From the NCBI GenBank assembly GCA_964106915.2, contig OZ066919.1: a stretch of 64,000 nt of DNA. One strand, written 5' to 3'. Source of the stretch: Podarcis gaigeae (taxonomy: Eukaryota). This document shows, piece by piece, positions 23,880 through 36,756 of the stretch. The notes below the pieces were generated by a model. The model worked only from the letters and a program-made list of their open reading frames with translations, had not been told where the DNA came from and did not search any database. Both the position numbers and the translations under genes were made by a program. The stretch's first letter is position 1. Each line of letters begins with the position of its first letter.

Positions 23880-25561
23880 GGTTCCGCAATATATGTAAAT
23901 TATATATTATTATAAATGAATTTTATTTTATTTTATTTGTTTATTTATATATTTATCTACAGATTTGTTCAATTAATTAATCGATTTAATCTTGGTATGT
24001 GACGTCATTCCACTTATTCTCTTTTATTATTATAATGTATATTCTCATTATGATAATTAATTAATAATTAATTTAATATTATTACTTATTCCTACTCTAA
24101 ATATCTAAATTAAGATTTAATTTAGATGAAAATAGGGACATCCTATTCCATACCCTCCCACATTTCTCTGATGAAAATGGGAATAGGAATTCTTTTGGGG
24201 ATAACATAGGAAGGGATAAGAGTAGGCGAAGCAATGTTACATTTTAGCTACACAAAAACCGGAGGTTTCTACACATGTTTGCTGGGTACACATAGCTTTC
24301 CCTACAACCACCATATTCTTATCAGACAGACAAGAGGCATTAACACAATTCAAGGACACATTTCAGCCAAACGAAAGCAGAGTGGTCAGTGGGAGAGTGC
24401 CAAGGCCCAAATAGGGAGCTACACTTGTCCCTTGAGGCTCAGGTTTCCCACCCTGCTATGTGCTTAAACTCCTAATTGTACACCTAAAAATCACAACGTG
24501 TGAAAACTCAATCTAGTAGAGGATTTAGCCCATCTATATTTAGGTAACTGGAACACAAAAGAGTTTGTTAAATGTCACAAGCGTTAGGTTAACCAACATT
24601 TTGCCTAGAAGTAGCAGTAGTTGTGACCATGCCTGCATAACTATCCTGGGAACTACAGAAGCAGGCAAAGACTTCTATAAAGCAGAACAAAACACTAGAA
24701 GAAATCTATAGGAATTTGCATGCCTTGCAAATTCAAGATTTGGCTATTTCATTGAGAACTATTAGAAAGAGCCAGTTGCAAAGGTTGGCAGATACATGGC
24801 ATTGCGAGCAAGAGACATAAATAGCAAGAGCTTAGCTGACACATTTTTATTATTCGATTCAGAAATGTGTCACACCTACTTCTACGTCCTACGGAGAGGG
24901 AATACGTGCACAAACTGGCAGCATGTACTCATATGTGCAAATTGTATTCTGCATATGCATCAACAGATGTTCAGGAATATATGGGCATTTAAATAGCATT
25001 CATTATTGGTCCATGATGCTAAGCTCTTATTAACATAAAGTGAAAACAGAAAAGATGATAAGCAGAGATACACCCTCCCTTGAGGCAATAGCAGGATGCA
25101 TTTCAGTCAATCACAAGTGGGAAAGTAAGCATTGCTGAGGCACCTTTATATTTTGATTCCCCCAGATGCAAGCTCAGAAACTGCCATATATTTGAGTAAA
25201 GTTACTTCTGTTTTCATGGGACATTATTTATATGGCAAATAAATAATGGCTAGCCACACTGTTTTTCTTGGGGGAACCTGATATAAAGTGTGAGGGAACA
25301 ACCCTTAGTGCGTTGCTACTTTCTACATATACTTTCTACCCAGTGATCTAATTAGCATGATTTTGGATTTGCTTTGGAAGCATGCCAAGCAAACCATGTT
25401 TGCATGTTTTAGGGTATCATTAAATCAGCTCTGCTTTGTCCCCCTGTGTTGAGCTAAAAGTTTTTAAGAGTTTTGATAGATACTCAGCATTTCTATACAG
25501 AATGTTGTTATTGGTATCCAGAACACCACCATCAATAGGGCGTCTATTGATTTGCATAGGA

Positions 25562-25697
25562 CAGGCATGGCCAAACTTGGCCCTCTAGATGTTTTGGGAC
25601 TACAATTCCCATCATCCTTGACCACTGGTACTGTTAGCTAGGGGTGATGGGAGTTGTAGTCCCAAAACATCTGGAGGGCTAAGTTTGGCCATGCCTG
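25562..25697. mobile_element. Palindromic hAT-type MITE
   Basis: caggcatggccaaactt ... aagtttggccatgcctg with a fold-back interior. The right TSD runs into the N gap. Confidence 0.9.
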
Positions 25698-25699
25698 GC

Positions 25700-25924
25700 N
25701 NNNNNNNNNNNNNNNNNNNNNNNNNNNNNNNNNNNNNNNNNNNNNNNNNNNNNNNNNNNNNNNNNNNNNNNNNNNNNNNNNNNNNNNNNNNNNNNNNNNN
25801 NNNNNNNNNNNNNNNNNNNNNNNNNNNNNNNNNNNNNNNNNNNNNNNNNNNNNNNNNNNNNNNNNNNNNNNNNNNNNNNNNNNNNNNNNNNNNNNNNNNN
25901 NNNNNNNNNNNNNNNNNNNNNNNN
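25700..25924. other. Assembly gap (225 N)
   Basis: Run of N. Confidence 1.
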
Positions 25925-25989
25925 AAGTATTGGTATCAGCGCATTCAAAAACAGGTCCAGTGGGGCTTGAGGAATTGCAGCCTTAAACC

Positions 25990-26113
25990 CAAAGGTGGGG
26001 AACCACTGGCCCTCTAAAAGGCTCCCATTAGGCCCAGGCAGCATGACCAATAACCAAGGGTGATGGGACTTGTAGTCCAACCATATCTGGAGGCCACAGG
26101 TTCCCCATCCCTG
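25990..26113. mobile_element. Older palindromic hAT-type MITE
   Basis: ggtggggaacc..ggtgatgggacttgtagtcca..ggttccccatccctg, with an imperfect TSD ccttaaac/cctcaaac. Further decayed relatives are at ~2215-2280, 8615-8675, 15580-15707, 16390-16505, 19505-19620 and 48745-48855. Confidence 0.7.
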
Positions 26114-28439
26114 CCTCAAACCCTACTAAGGCATTGGTATTGATTTGAGAATAGATTGTACACCATAGGTTTTGGGTTGTTGTGATTTCATGATGTTTGA
26201 TTAATCTGTAGATTCTTCAGAGCTAACCTATGAGTTCAGTTAATTCACTGCCTTGATTTGTGGTGCTGCAATTTAAACGTTGCAGTGAAAAGTCAATATG
26301 ATGCCTTAGTCAACTACCGGTAAATGGTCGATTACAGCATCACTTAAACAAGTTCAAGCAATTTATTGTGATATATTATGGTTGCAGACCAGTAAAATTC
26401 AATACAAAGGTAAGGGACAGAACATTTTAAAATAAATAAAAACAATTATACATTTATCTTCTCTCAAAAAGCCAGCAAGTTGTTGTTGTTGTTTATAATC
26501 TACATAGAAACACTTTAAGATCCTTTCAGTCAATCAGATTTCTCAATACTATGAAAGCACACAAATTCAAAATATCATATATATAATATTCATTCTCAAA
26601 TATAACTCATGACTTTGAAATCACCTACATAAGTCAGCTTTGCTCTGTAGAGCAAGCAATGCTATCTGACTATATGCAACATCGGTTGAGACTTCATAGC
26701 ACAGCTCTTTCCGTTCTTTCTTGTAATTGGATGTAGGAGTAACACACAGTGACTAAGAAAGCACAAGCCAGGCAAGGTGGGATCCTTGAAATGGACTATA
26801 TTGTATATGTGAAACAGGTGAAGAAATCAGCTGCAGAGGTTCCAGATTTTGCAACAAAATGATAGCTTATCCTTGTCATAAGTCAAATAGATTGTTAAAA
26901 TAAAAGAGAGGAGATAGTTGTCAGGATGGGTTAGATCAAAGACTTACTGCAGACGGCAGCAATAAATTGGGAGGGTTATCGATGCCAGAGATGGCATGTT
27001 TTTCAGCCAACCACTGTCCGGAATCGAGCAAAAGGAAAGAGAGAGATGTTTTCTAAAGAGAGATTATAAGGCTAGATGTCTCCCAACTACCTACCTTCTC
27101 ATCCACCTACATGTAGCTGTCACTGTAAACCAAGAAAGAGGGTTACCAACAAACAACAACCACTACCCTGGGTCTTTCATGAAAAACTGGTGTTAGCCAC
27201 AGGGCTCCAGTAAGCACATATCATTTGACATTGTATATACTCATTTATTTATACATCTAAATCACTTGGAGCTGAACTACTAAAACAAACTAGCTGAACA
27301 AGAAAACAACAAAAACAAAAGGTTCCACTGCCTCCCACCGCCTACAGCAATATGGATTTGATAGATGACTGCTCTGCTCATTTTCATTCTGAGCTAAGCC
27401 TGGCTCTCCAATGCCATCAATATCATCAGTGTTGTTACTGCAACTGCTGACTGAAGTTGATGCAATAACTATTAATTAGGTGACTCTGTCCTTTTGCAAA
27501 AGCACAGCCAAGCCTGTGCAGTTTCTCCTGGAGTTTACTTTAAGCCATTGTGGCTTGTAGAAGTCACAAAAGGAACAGAGAGGTTGTGAATCTCCTTCTT
27601 CTCCTCCTCCTCCTCGGACTCTCAGCTTTTGATACCATCGCAACCATGGTACCCTTCTGGACTGTCTGTAGGAGATGGGCCTCAGGGGGACTTTTCTGCA
27701 GCGCTTCTAGTCTTGTCATCAGGGAGTGTTCCAGAAGATAGTATTTACTGAGTGTTTTTCATCCCCTTGGCCCTTGGACTATGGAGTGCTGATGGTTTTG
27801 TCTCCAATGCTATTTCACAATGCTATTTTTGTTAAATCATATACACACTGTGTTGAATTGAGTGTTAGTCAGACTTAGAGTAGTCCCATTGATTTGTTAG
27901 GTCTGTTCTAAGTCTGGATCCACCTCATTGGCTTAGGTTTACTAAATTTATTAGACACCTTTATCTTTAAAAAAAAAGGACTCCAAGCTTCTTACAGCAA
28001 TTCAATTATCTAAAAGTGAAAAAAAATGAACACAACATCAATATCCATAATACACTAAAAATCAAAACCCACCATTACTAATGAGAAACCACCAGGAATA
28101 ATCGATTAGCATGATGCCAGTATTTAAAAATCATCCAGTCCCATCACATACTTAAGACTAGAGGAATCCCTTAACCTGGTGTCAAACAGATGATAATGTT
28201 GGTGCCAGGAGGAGGTCCCTGCTGGGGCTGGCCATGCCCCTTAGTTAATACATTATCCGGGTGAGTCTGAAGGAACCAATAGGTATGCCCAAGGGCACAA
28301 AGTGAAGGAAGGCTGGTTTAGTTGTTTAGCTTTACAGGTGCATAAGCCACATCATATCTGATTTCTCTTCATCCTTCACCTGCACTAACCCTAGTTTTAT
28401 TTGCACTTAGCAGCAGCAGAATCTGGGATAGGCCTAACC

Positions 28440-28572
28440 CAGGCATGGCCAAACTTTGCCCTCCAGATGTTTTGGGACTACAACTCCCATCGTCCCTAGC
28501 TAACAGGACCAGTCAGGGATGATGGGAATTGTAGTCCCAAAACATCTGGAGGGCCAAGTCTGGCTAATACTG
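28440..28572. mobile_element. Palindromic hAT-type MITE (same family as 25562)
   Basis: caggcatggccaaac..ccagatgttttgggactacaa / ttgtagtcccaaaacatctgg. Confidence 0.88.
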
Positions 28573-29931
28573 TTGGGCTCTCCCTTGACTAAAACACCAG
28601 GATGAAAAAGTAAAGAACAGAGCTTTCTCCACCCTGACCTCACTCCTTTTGTTTGTAGTAAGTGATGATGCATTTTAACATCACAGTACACAGTTTTTTG
28701 GTTTTTTATAATGGTTTTATTTTATGTGATATATTTTGTGTGTGTGTGTGTGTGTGTTGTGCTGTGCTGTGCTCCGGGATTATTTTTAACGAAGAGCAGG
28801 CTAGAAATTCTCTCAATAAATAGGTGAAAAAAATGTCACCGTTCCTTTCTTGTAAGGTAGGAGCTATGCCTGCTGTTTTATCTGGCTGTTCCTGACAAGA
28901 CCAGGTCCAGGGCATTGTGGATGATAAGAATAATTAACTGTACTACATGGGGTGGCAGATAGAGAAAGACTTACAACCAGCCCACAGCTATTTTCCTTCA
29001 TCTCTAAGATCATTGATTTGGTACCTCTCTGCACTTTATGCCTTGAAAGTTTTCCTTAAATGTGCCATTATCTCCTGGATAAACGGCTGCATCTCCCAGG
29101 GAAAGAGCACTATGAAAATCAGTGGTTTTGTCTTTTAGTGCATTGTGCTGCTGTAGCAGCTCCACTTAATTATCTTGTTGGGAATGGTTTATTTGCAATA
29201 GGAAAGAGACCATTGTGGCTGGGCATCCTTGGCCCGACTCCCTCTGAAAATAAAAACAGAAACAATATTGTGTCATTATTATGCATCCTTGCTCAGAAAA
29301 CTGTCACTGGTGCAATACATTTATGGGATTATTTTTTTAAAAAAAATTCCATCATAGTAAAAGAGTAACTGCCATTCAATTCTGCGAAATGCTTTCTCAG
29401 CGTCAAAAGATGCTATTACCACTGGGCTGGCATCATCTTTCATCTTAAAGACGACATTAAATAAGCGTAGCAAATTCGTGCAGGCGAACCTTCTGCACTA
29501 AACATAAAATAAAACCCCATGTTGTTCAGGATGAATTATTTTAATACTTATGCTTTGGCTCAATTGGCCAATAACTTTTCCAATTGATTAAAACCTACAT
29601 TTCAAAGGAAAAGGGAGCCTAAAGGACCCATATTCCTGTATGCTTTGGTCTGCTTTGAATATTGTTGTCATCAGCACAGCAATGCAGCTTGGGCAACATC
29701 TGTTGGTCAGTACCCGATTTGCATAGTCCAGTGCTACGAAAGCAATGATGAATGTGAATACTTACTTCCAAGGGAAGTATCCTTTGTGGAAACAAAAGGT
29801 GAAAGATTTTTGAACTCTGTAGAAATGGGAAAGAAGTTTGATTAAGTTCGCAAAGTTACCTAATTTTCACTTTCTGGAACAAGTCACAGCCATCCTTCAA
29901 AATGTGCACTTTCACTGTGAAATGTTGATTA

Positions 29932-30495
29932 CCATATTTTTCGCCCTATAGGACGCACTTTTTCCCCTCCAAAAATGAAGGGGAAATGTGTGTGCGTCCT
30001 ATGGGGCGAATGCAGGCTTTCGCTGAAGCCTGGAGCGCTAGAGGCGTCGGTGTGCACCGATACCTCTCGCTCTCCAGGCTCCTGGAAGCTATCTGCAAGC
30101 CTTGCACGCCCGGGGGAACTCCGCAGCATGGGGAGCCCTGCAGGAGTTCCCCGCTGGGCTCCCCACGCTGTGGATAGCAGCCTGCCGCCTGGCGGGTGGG
30201 GCGCCCTGAAGCAGAGCGCCCTGCGCGCCGGACAGACATCCGCAGCATGGGGAGCCCTGCAGGAGTTCCCCGCAGGCCTCCCCACGCTGCGGATAGCAGC
30301 CTGCCACCTGGCGCGCGTGGCACCCTGAAGTAGAGCGCCCCGTGCGCCGAACAGACATTGGCCAGACCCACAAGCTCAGGGGACAGCGGGGAGGCGCAGC
30401 GCCGCCATCCCACTGTTCCCCGACCTGGTTTTGGCGCCCCCCCAAAAAAGTAGGTGCGTCCTATGGGACGGAGTCCTATGGGACAAAAAATACGG
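29932..30495. mobile_element. Tc1/mariner (Tc2/pogo-like) non-autonomous element with internal tandem duplication
   Basis: TA-cc(a/g)tattttt..ccctatagga TIR and tcctatgggacaaaaaatacgg-TA. The GC/CpG-rich interior has two ~119-bp units starting at 30120 and 30239. Confidence 0.85.
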
Positions 30496-32650
30496 TAATT
30501 TTCATGTGGGTGTTTTTTGTTTGCTTATTAAATCACAAAGTGACGTGAAAATGTTAGAAGTGAATTTCCCCCACAACTCGGAACTCCCACCATTTTTGCC
30601 AAATTGTGCCCTTTGCGCCCCACTGAAAGTTTCATATTTAATTTATTGACCATATCCTACTTTCTCATCACAAGGAAGGAAATCACAATGGATGACATCA
30701 CAAATGATAAGGAGGCTGGGTCCCATCTGCCTCCTCTGTAATTCAACCACTCTATGTTCCAGTTCCTCCAACTCATGAAGAGGATTGATGGCTAGCTAAA
30801 TGTACAAGAAGCCCTATGATATGAAATGCATCAGGGTTTTAAGCATCCCCATCCACCAGACATTTTGATATGAACAACATGTTAACTGTACTTTTTGTTA
30901 CTGTTTTTGGCAGCAGCTGTTATTTTCTCCTCGATTTTTTGCTCTGCTTCTGTTTTCATCTGTTGGTATATTTTGATTAAAATGAGGAGCAGTCTTCAAT
31001 AAGCTAAGTTTAGACTCAGATATGAATTTATTAAGGTCAGAAAAAGCTGCAGGTTCTTTGCATTTGGCTCAGGTGACGTATACAGTGCACTCAGTTTTTA
31101 GTACACAAACTGTGATTGTTAGCTACTTATAATGTACAAAAAACAACCCAATTACAGGACATAGTAACTGAATCTTCTGTTTAAAATGGGCAGGATAAGC
31201 ACTAGATATGCTGAGTGAACTTCGTCCAGTATCTGAGGCAAGTATATTGCTAGGGCTTGATTTGAATATAAATGCTTGACCTACCTTCTTGGGCATAGTT
31301 TCTCAAGTGTGGATGATGTTTAGCTATTCCCATTGCAAGAAGTCATATGACTCTGGTAAACACAGAGGAATGTTTTCCAAGCAGAAGTACTCCATGCTGC
31401 AATGTTTTGCCGCAGAGTCCTACCTGTACTAAAAATATTTCCATGCCATCTCTCAAGGTGGCACACAGAATAGATAAAAACACCTTAAAATAAAACAACA
31501 TAAAAATAAGCATGGTGAACAAAACAATGATTCAGCTGAGGGAATGGGACAAACAAAAAACAAAACAAAACAATTACTGCAGTTATTCATATCATTGGAA
31601 ATCTGGGGAAGCAGGTGATAGAATTCTTCATAGCATTTAGCAGAATGATAGCAACTGATTACATGAACACAGCCCTGCCCTTGAAGAGAATATCTGCTGG
31701 CATTTTCCAATGTGGCACCTTTTCATCTTTTGACAACCAAGCTGCAAATACAGCACACAACATTGCAGTCTGAACCATGCCCACTTAGAATTAAGTTCTA
31801 TTGAATTAAATGGAGCTTGTTCCCAGATGAATTGGGTTAGGATTTATAGTTTAAATCCATCTTTCTTTTAAAGGACTCTAGGCTGGGCTATTCCTATTTG
31901 AAACACAGTCTCCCTCATCCTAGCACCTCTCTGATTTCCACCCTATACAACACTAAATCCCTTCCACCTGATTTCAGATTTCAGAACCTGACACCACCAT
32001 GAGATCTTCTTCCTTACGTGTGTGACAGAAATTGCACTGTTCATGCTTAATCCTGTTTTAAATAGTATTTTTGGCCTTCTGGCCTTCTGTGATGATGTCT
32101 AAGATCTTCTTTATCCATCACATTCCGCTACAACTCTTCCTATCACATACAACATCCCCTTCGTGATTCACATTCTCTCTTCCTATTTTAGTGTCCTATT
32201 TTCTAGTGTTAAAAAATAGCCTTTGTTCAGTAACAGTGCATATTACAAACACCGAAAAAGAACAGCACACGCCGTTTTTGTCATTTGAAAGCCCTGCAAT
32301 AATTAATTAATTAAATGTTACCTCTGCATACCTTTTAGTTTAGCTCCTTTGTGCTGACACTTTCCAACACAGCTGGATGGCACTTTATTTTTCCTTTGAG
32401 TCTGGCTATTTTGTTTTCGCCCAGAACAATATTATCTCCTTTATCAAAGTAGCCAAGGAAATATTGCCGTCTTTGGATAATGCTGAGGAATATCTGTCAC
32501 AAGGCACTCTTCAATGAAGCCAGAAAAAAACCAGGAAGCTTTCAGACACAAGCTGGGCAGATTCCCTGTGGCACAGTCACTATCTATGCCTAGGAAGGGG
32601 AACCTTTGTGGCCTGGGGGTCATGTCTTTATCTCTCTCCATGCTGTGGAC

Positions 32651-32900
32651 CAGGGGTAGGCAACCTAAGACCCGTGGGCTGGATGCGGCCCAATCACCTT
32701 CTTAATCCGCCCCGTGGATGGTCCAGGAATCAGCGTGTTTTTACATGAGTAGAATGTGTGCTTTTATTTAAAATGCATCTCTGGGTTATTTGTGGGGCAT
32801 AGGAATTCATTCATTTTTCTTTTCAAAATATAGTCCAGCTCACCACGTGGTCTTAGAGACGGTGGACCAGCCCATGGCTGAAAAAGGTTGCTGACCCCTG
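32651..32900. mobile_element. hAT non-autonomous element, 8-bp TSD
   Basis: TIRs caggggtaggcaacct / aggttgctgacccctg, with a perfect TSD ctgtggac at 32643-32650 and 32901-32908. Confidence 0.92.
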
Positions 32901-32990
32901 CTGTGGACCAACTTTGACAAGTGGGTGGGACCCACTGATTTCCCTCTATAAGTATTCAACACCTACAGGCATTGGTGTTGATCTTGTTGG

Positions 32991-32991
<1 letters not shown>

Positions 32992-33036
<45 letters not shown>

Positions 33037-33187
33037 TTATTTATACCCCACCCATCTGACTGGGTTTCCCCAGCCCCTCTGGGCGGCTTCCAACAAAATA
33101 TTAAAATGCAATAGTCTATTAAACATTAAAAGCCTTCAGATGTTTTCTAAAAGTCTGGTAGTTGTTTTTCTCTTTGACATCTTGTGG
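32992..33187 (-). mobile_element. L2-clade LINE extreme 3' end with (TTA)n tail
   Basis: Reverse-complement match to 53410-53565 (cccatctgactgggtt..gggcggc..aaaatattaaaatgcaata..gccttcagatg), abutting an (ATA)n run. Confidence 0.8.
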
Positions 33188-35698
33188 TCAGAGTTTTGAG
33201 AACGTGTATGTGAAGAAACAAAAAATTAGGAATCTGAAGCCACGGCAGGAGATTTTAGTTCGCTATTTGCCTGCACCTTGATTTCCCATGCAAACTGATA
33301 TGTACCCATGGATCTCTTGGTTATTGTGTTTTACACCTTGGAGAGATCTAATGCACATGCACATTTCTTTGCACATGTAGAAATTTAAATGATTGGGGAA
33401 CCTGTTGCAGGTGAGATGAAGATTCATTTCTATCAAGTATTCCCCAGGTCTTGTTATTAAGCATAAAGCCTGGCTCCACTGATGTACCATAACCAGGGTG
33501 TACCTGATTGTTACTGATGGAAACAATGCAATATGATACAGTTGTATCCCAAAGTAACTCATTGTCCCCCTCTGCTGTGCTGATATGGCTCCAAACAGTC
33601 CTGCAAGGCTGATGTACATTGTGCTATGTCCATATTTATGCCAACCCTGGGAAATCTACAAGTTTCACATTTTCACTATCTGTGTTTTATGTATCGCACT
33701 GCTATTTGCCTGGGATACAAAATAACTGCATTTGTTTTACTTAATCCTATGCCTCGCATCTCTAGTATGAGGAATATATGTTAGTTTTGCTTTCAGATTA
33801 TGGGTGTGGGCTCCTCTGGAGGCTCCTGGCATCAGTGGCTGTCATTGGGTTGCTCCACTTCTAGTGTGGCGATTGAATGAGAAGGAGAGTTCCTATCTAT
33901 ACATATTAGACAGGAACAAGTGTGGGGTTACTCCCTGGACACTGCAGACATCAGTGGCTTACCTCCATGTTATCCAATCAGCAACTGTGTGTTTCCATGG
34001 TGCTGGCTGGCTGCCCCCCTTCTACAGCTGCTTCCTGATGCTTAGAAGGCAAACTTCTGGCTGTTTTGCTTAGTGAAGCATCTTACTGGTCACCACTGAC
34101 AGCTACAGTACATAGAAGACCTTCAGGCCCCCTCTATCCCATAAAGCTAAATCACATCCACCCTACAGTATAAGGAGAGTAACTATTGATTCCTTAGCTG
34201 CCTTTGCCCCTTTACCTCATGCATACAATCTCTTGTTTGTGAGAAGAGCAGCAATATACTTTTGGCCAAAATTCAAGAGCAGAGTTATCCAAGAGTTGCA
34301 CTGCTTTCTGTCACATAGATTCCTCTTGCTTACAAAATAAGTACTCGTGCATGTGTCAAGACAATAAAATAACACCAAGTCCCTCCAAGCCTCAAACACA
34401 CACAAAACTCAATGACAAAACAAAAACAATTGCTAGGCTGATTTCGAAGATATTTGATGGGTCTCTGACGTGCCCCTGCTTGGATTTCACAGAAACAGAT
34501 CCACTTGTTGTCAGTCTTGTGGTTCAGCCTGTCATCGTAAGTGATGTTTGTGTTTGTGTAAGTAACAGCAGGAGAACTCCCTCTGGGCTATCAACTAATA
34601 CATAAGGCACCGAAAACTGCACCATAATATATTTTTATCTTTTAGTCCTTTCTCATGGTTTATTAATGCCTTCTTCTATGCATATTAGTTGGATGAGCCT
34701 ACTCTCTTAATGCTAATTTTATTTCAAGTGCAACATTGTTCTAGAATATTTCTTAGACAAAATGGGGGGGGGCACAAAGACAAATGCAGACCGCAAATCA
34801 CAATCTGCTACAGACAAAGCACTGTTTATAATCCCTTCTTTTGAACATCCCCATATATTTCTGAAACAGCTGTCCAATAATTTGCAAAAATTGCAACATT
34901 TCACTTTGCTTTTATTAATTCTGTAGCATTCCATTAAATTAGCTAATCTTCTAGGTGGAGAATTTATTCCTTTGTCTTCAGCAAATTTACTTAAACTCAT
35001 ACACATACACAAATGCAAATATCTGTAGTAATAGGAAAAGAATAGGCTTGCCTTCTGCACTTCAGTGACATCATTTATTCATATTCAAAATGTTTAAAAA
35101 GGAATGGCCTTATCCCAGATGTTTAAAATGCAGAAGATACGACTTTGTTAAACCAGGACTATGTTTTTGAAAGAGACAAGCAACATGCATATTGTTTATT
35201 CACTGGTGGGTTTCTTCTATAGTGCTTGAAAATATTTGTTCTCATATAGCTAATACCTTTATGTATACTGCCTAGAATAAGGAGAACCCCAGGAAAAGAA
35301 ATGTACTAAAATGGCCAAGTCAGCAGATCTTATCATGCTTCCCCCCCGTGCATTTTCATTTGCACTTCTTCCTTCTCGGCAATATTTCATTCTTTAGCTG
35401 TTTGCTTCTGTCAGAAGTTCAAAGACAGCCCAATTTCATAAAAGGGAGATAGTATTGATTGATCCAGCATATTGTTTCCACCACCCCCTTTTGACCAGTT
35501 CTTGATGCACATTCCCAATTTTGAAAAGCATTTCATGAATCAGTGTGCAGTTTTTAAAAAATCTATAGAATGAGTTCATTACCATGCTAGTTGCTGAATG
35601 TTTTCCACTGGTTGCGTTTGCAATGCAAAGCTGATTTCACTAACCTTTTATCTCTGCAAAAAAGGAAAAAAGTTAATCTATAAATAAAATATACAATG

Positions 35699-35825
35699 TA
35701 TAGCTCAGTTGGTAGAACATGAGACTGTTAATCTCAGAGTTGTAGGTTTGAGCCCATATTAGGCAAAATATTCCTGCATTTGCAGTGGGTTTGTACTAGA
35801 TGACACTTGTTATCCCTTCCAACTT
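35699..35825 (+). mobile_element. tRNA-Lys-like SINE with CR1-type 3' tail
   Basis: Head tagctcagttggtagaacatgagactgttaatctcagagttgtaggtttgagccc, followed by attcctgcatt..actagatgac..tcccttccaac like the CR1 end at 37205-37260. Confidence 0.7.
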
Positions 35826-36756
35826 TTTCTAAACTTGTGAGAGGCCCAAGAGACTTATTGGGATGTTGATTCATAGATTGCATTCCATAGCCAACTGCAC
35901 CCCCAGGTTGATAGCATTGGCCAGTATGAGCAGCTCCCTCCATTTGCTGTCTTAAGACACTCTTTCTCCCTGATCTCTCATAGGCAGACTGGGCTCCTTC
36001 ACTGTCAAAAGTAGTGTTTCCTGTCTGTGTTCTGATAAATTCCTTGTAAGCAATAACGTCATAGCTTGTTTTAACTCAGTTCTATGTGATCCCACCCTTT
36101 GTCTTTCTGCTTTGCTTCCCCAAAATACTAGTTTATCCCCCCACTCACTGAAAACAATGAAAAAGAGAACAAAATAATACAACGATGCAAAATTCTGCAA
36201 CTGTGAAGGATTTTTCTCCCTCCGTAGTTTGTTAGGGTTTTTTTAATGTTATAACAAAATCATATATAGCTTGGTGATTCCACATCCATTTATCCCCTGA
36301 TCTCCCCTGTTTTAATGTACATTCAAGCCCCACAGAGAGGGGATGGGGCGGGGTGCAATCCCATCTAGCATAGGAAATTATATTATAAATACAGGTGAGC
36401 CAGAGTAATATATGTTGCCCCAGAGTATTAGCACCGTTTAAAAAACAACAACCTGAAAATTAAAAAGTGCCTCACGGAGAGATGCAAAACAGTTAAACCT
36501 CTAAGAGAAAGATGTCATGAAAGGAGGAGAATGAAGTTGAACAGCTGTAGACTCTGCATGGCAATAGCTTGAAGGCATTCTGAACGCAGAGGACAGATGC
36601 TGACAGGCTGACTCTGGGATTATTATGGGGAGAACATTTGCATGCTCAAAAGTGGAAGCCCTGGTTACTCAACGGGAGTACTGCAAACAAATATGTCCAT
36701 TTGAGCAACCACGAACAAGGACAGTTTTTTAAATATATAATATATATCTTGCACTG

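Noticed and set aside
25679-26119. ORFs spanning the X run
   Set aside because: Artefacts of the N gap.
29929-30445. Overlapping 117-155-aa ORFs with an internal repeat
   Set aside because: By-products of the GC-rich duplicated module in a MITE; no transposase motifs.
35699-35770. Functional tRNA genes (also 23670-23748 and 43640-43698)
   Set aside because: Degenerate stems joined to LINE-like tails, so these are SINE heads.
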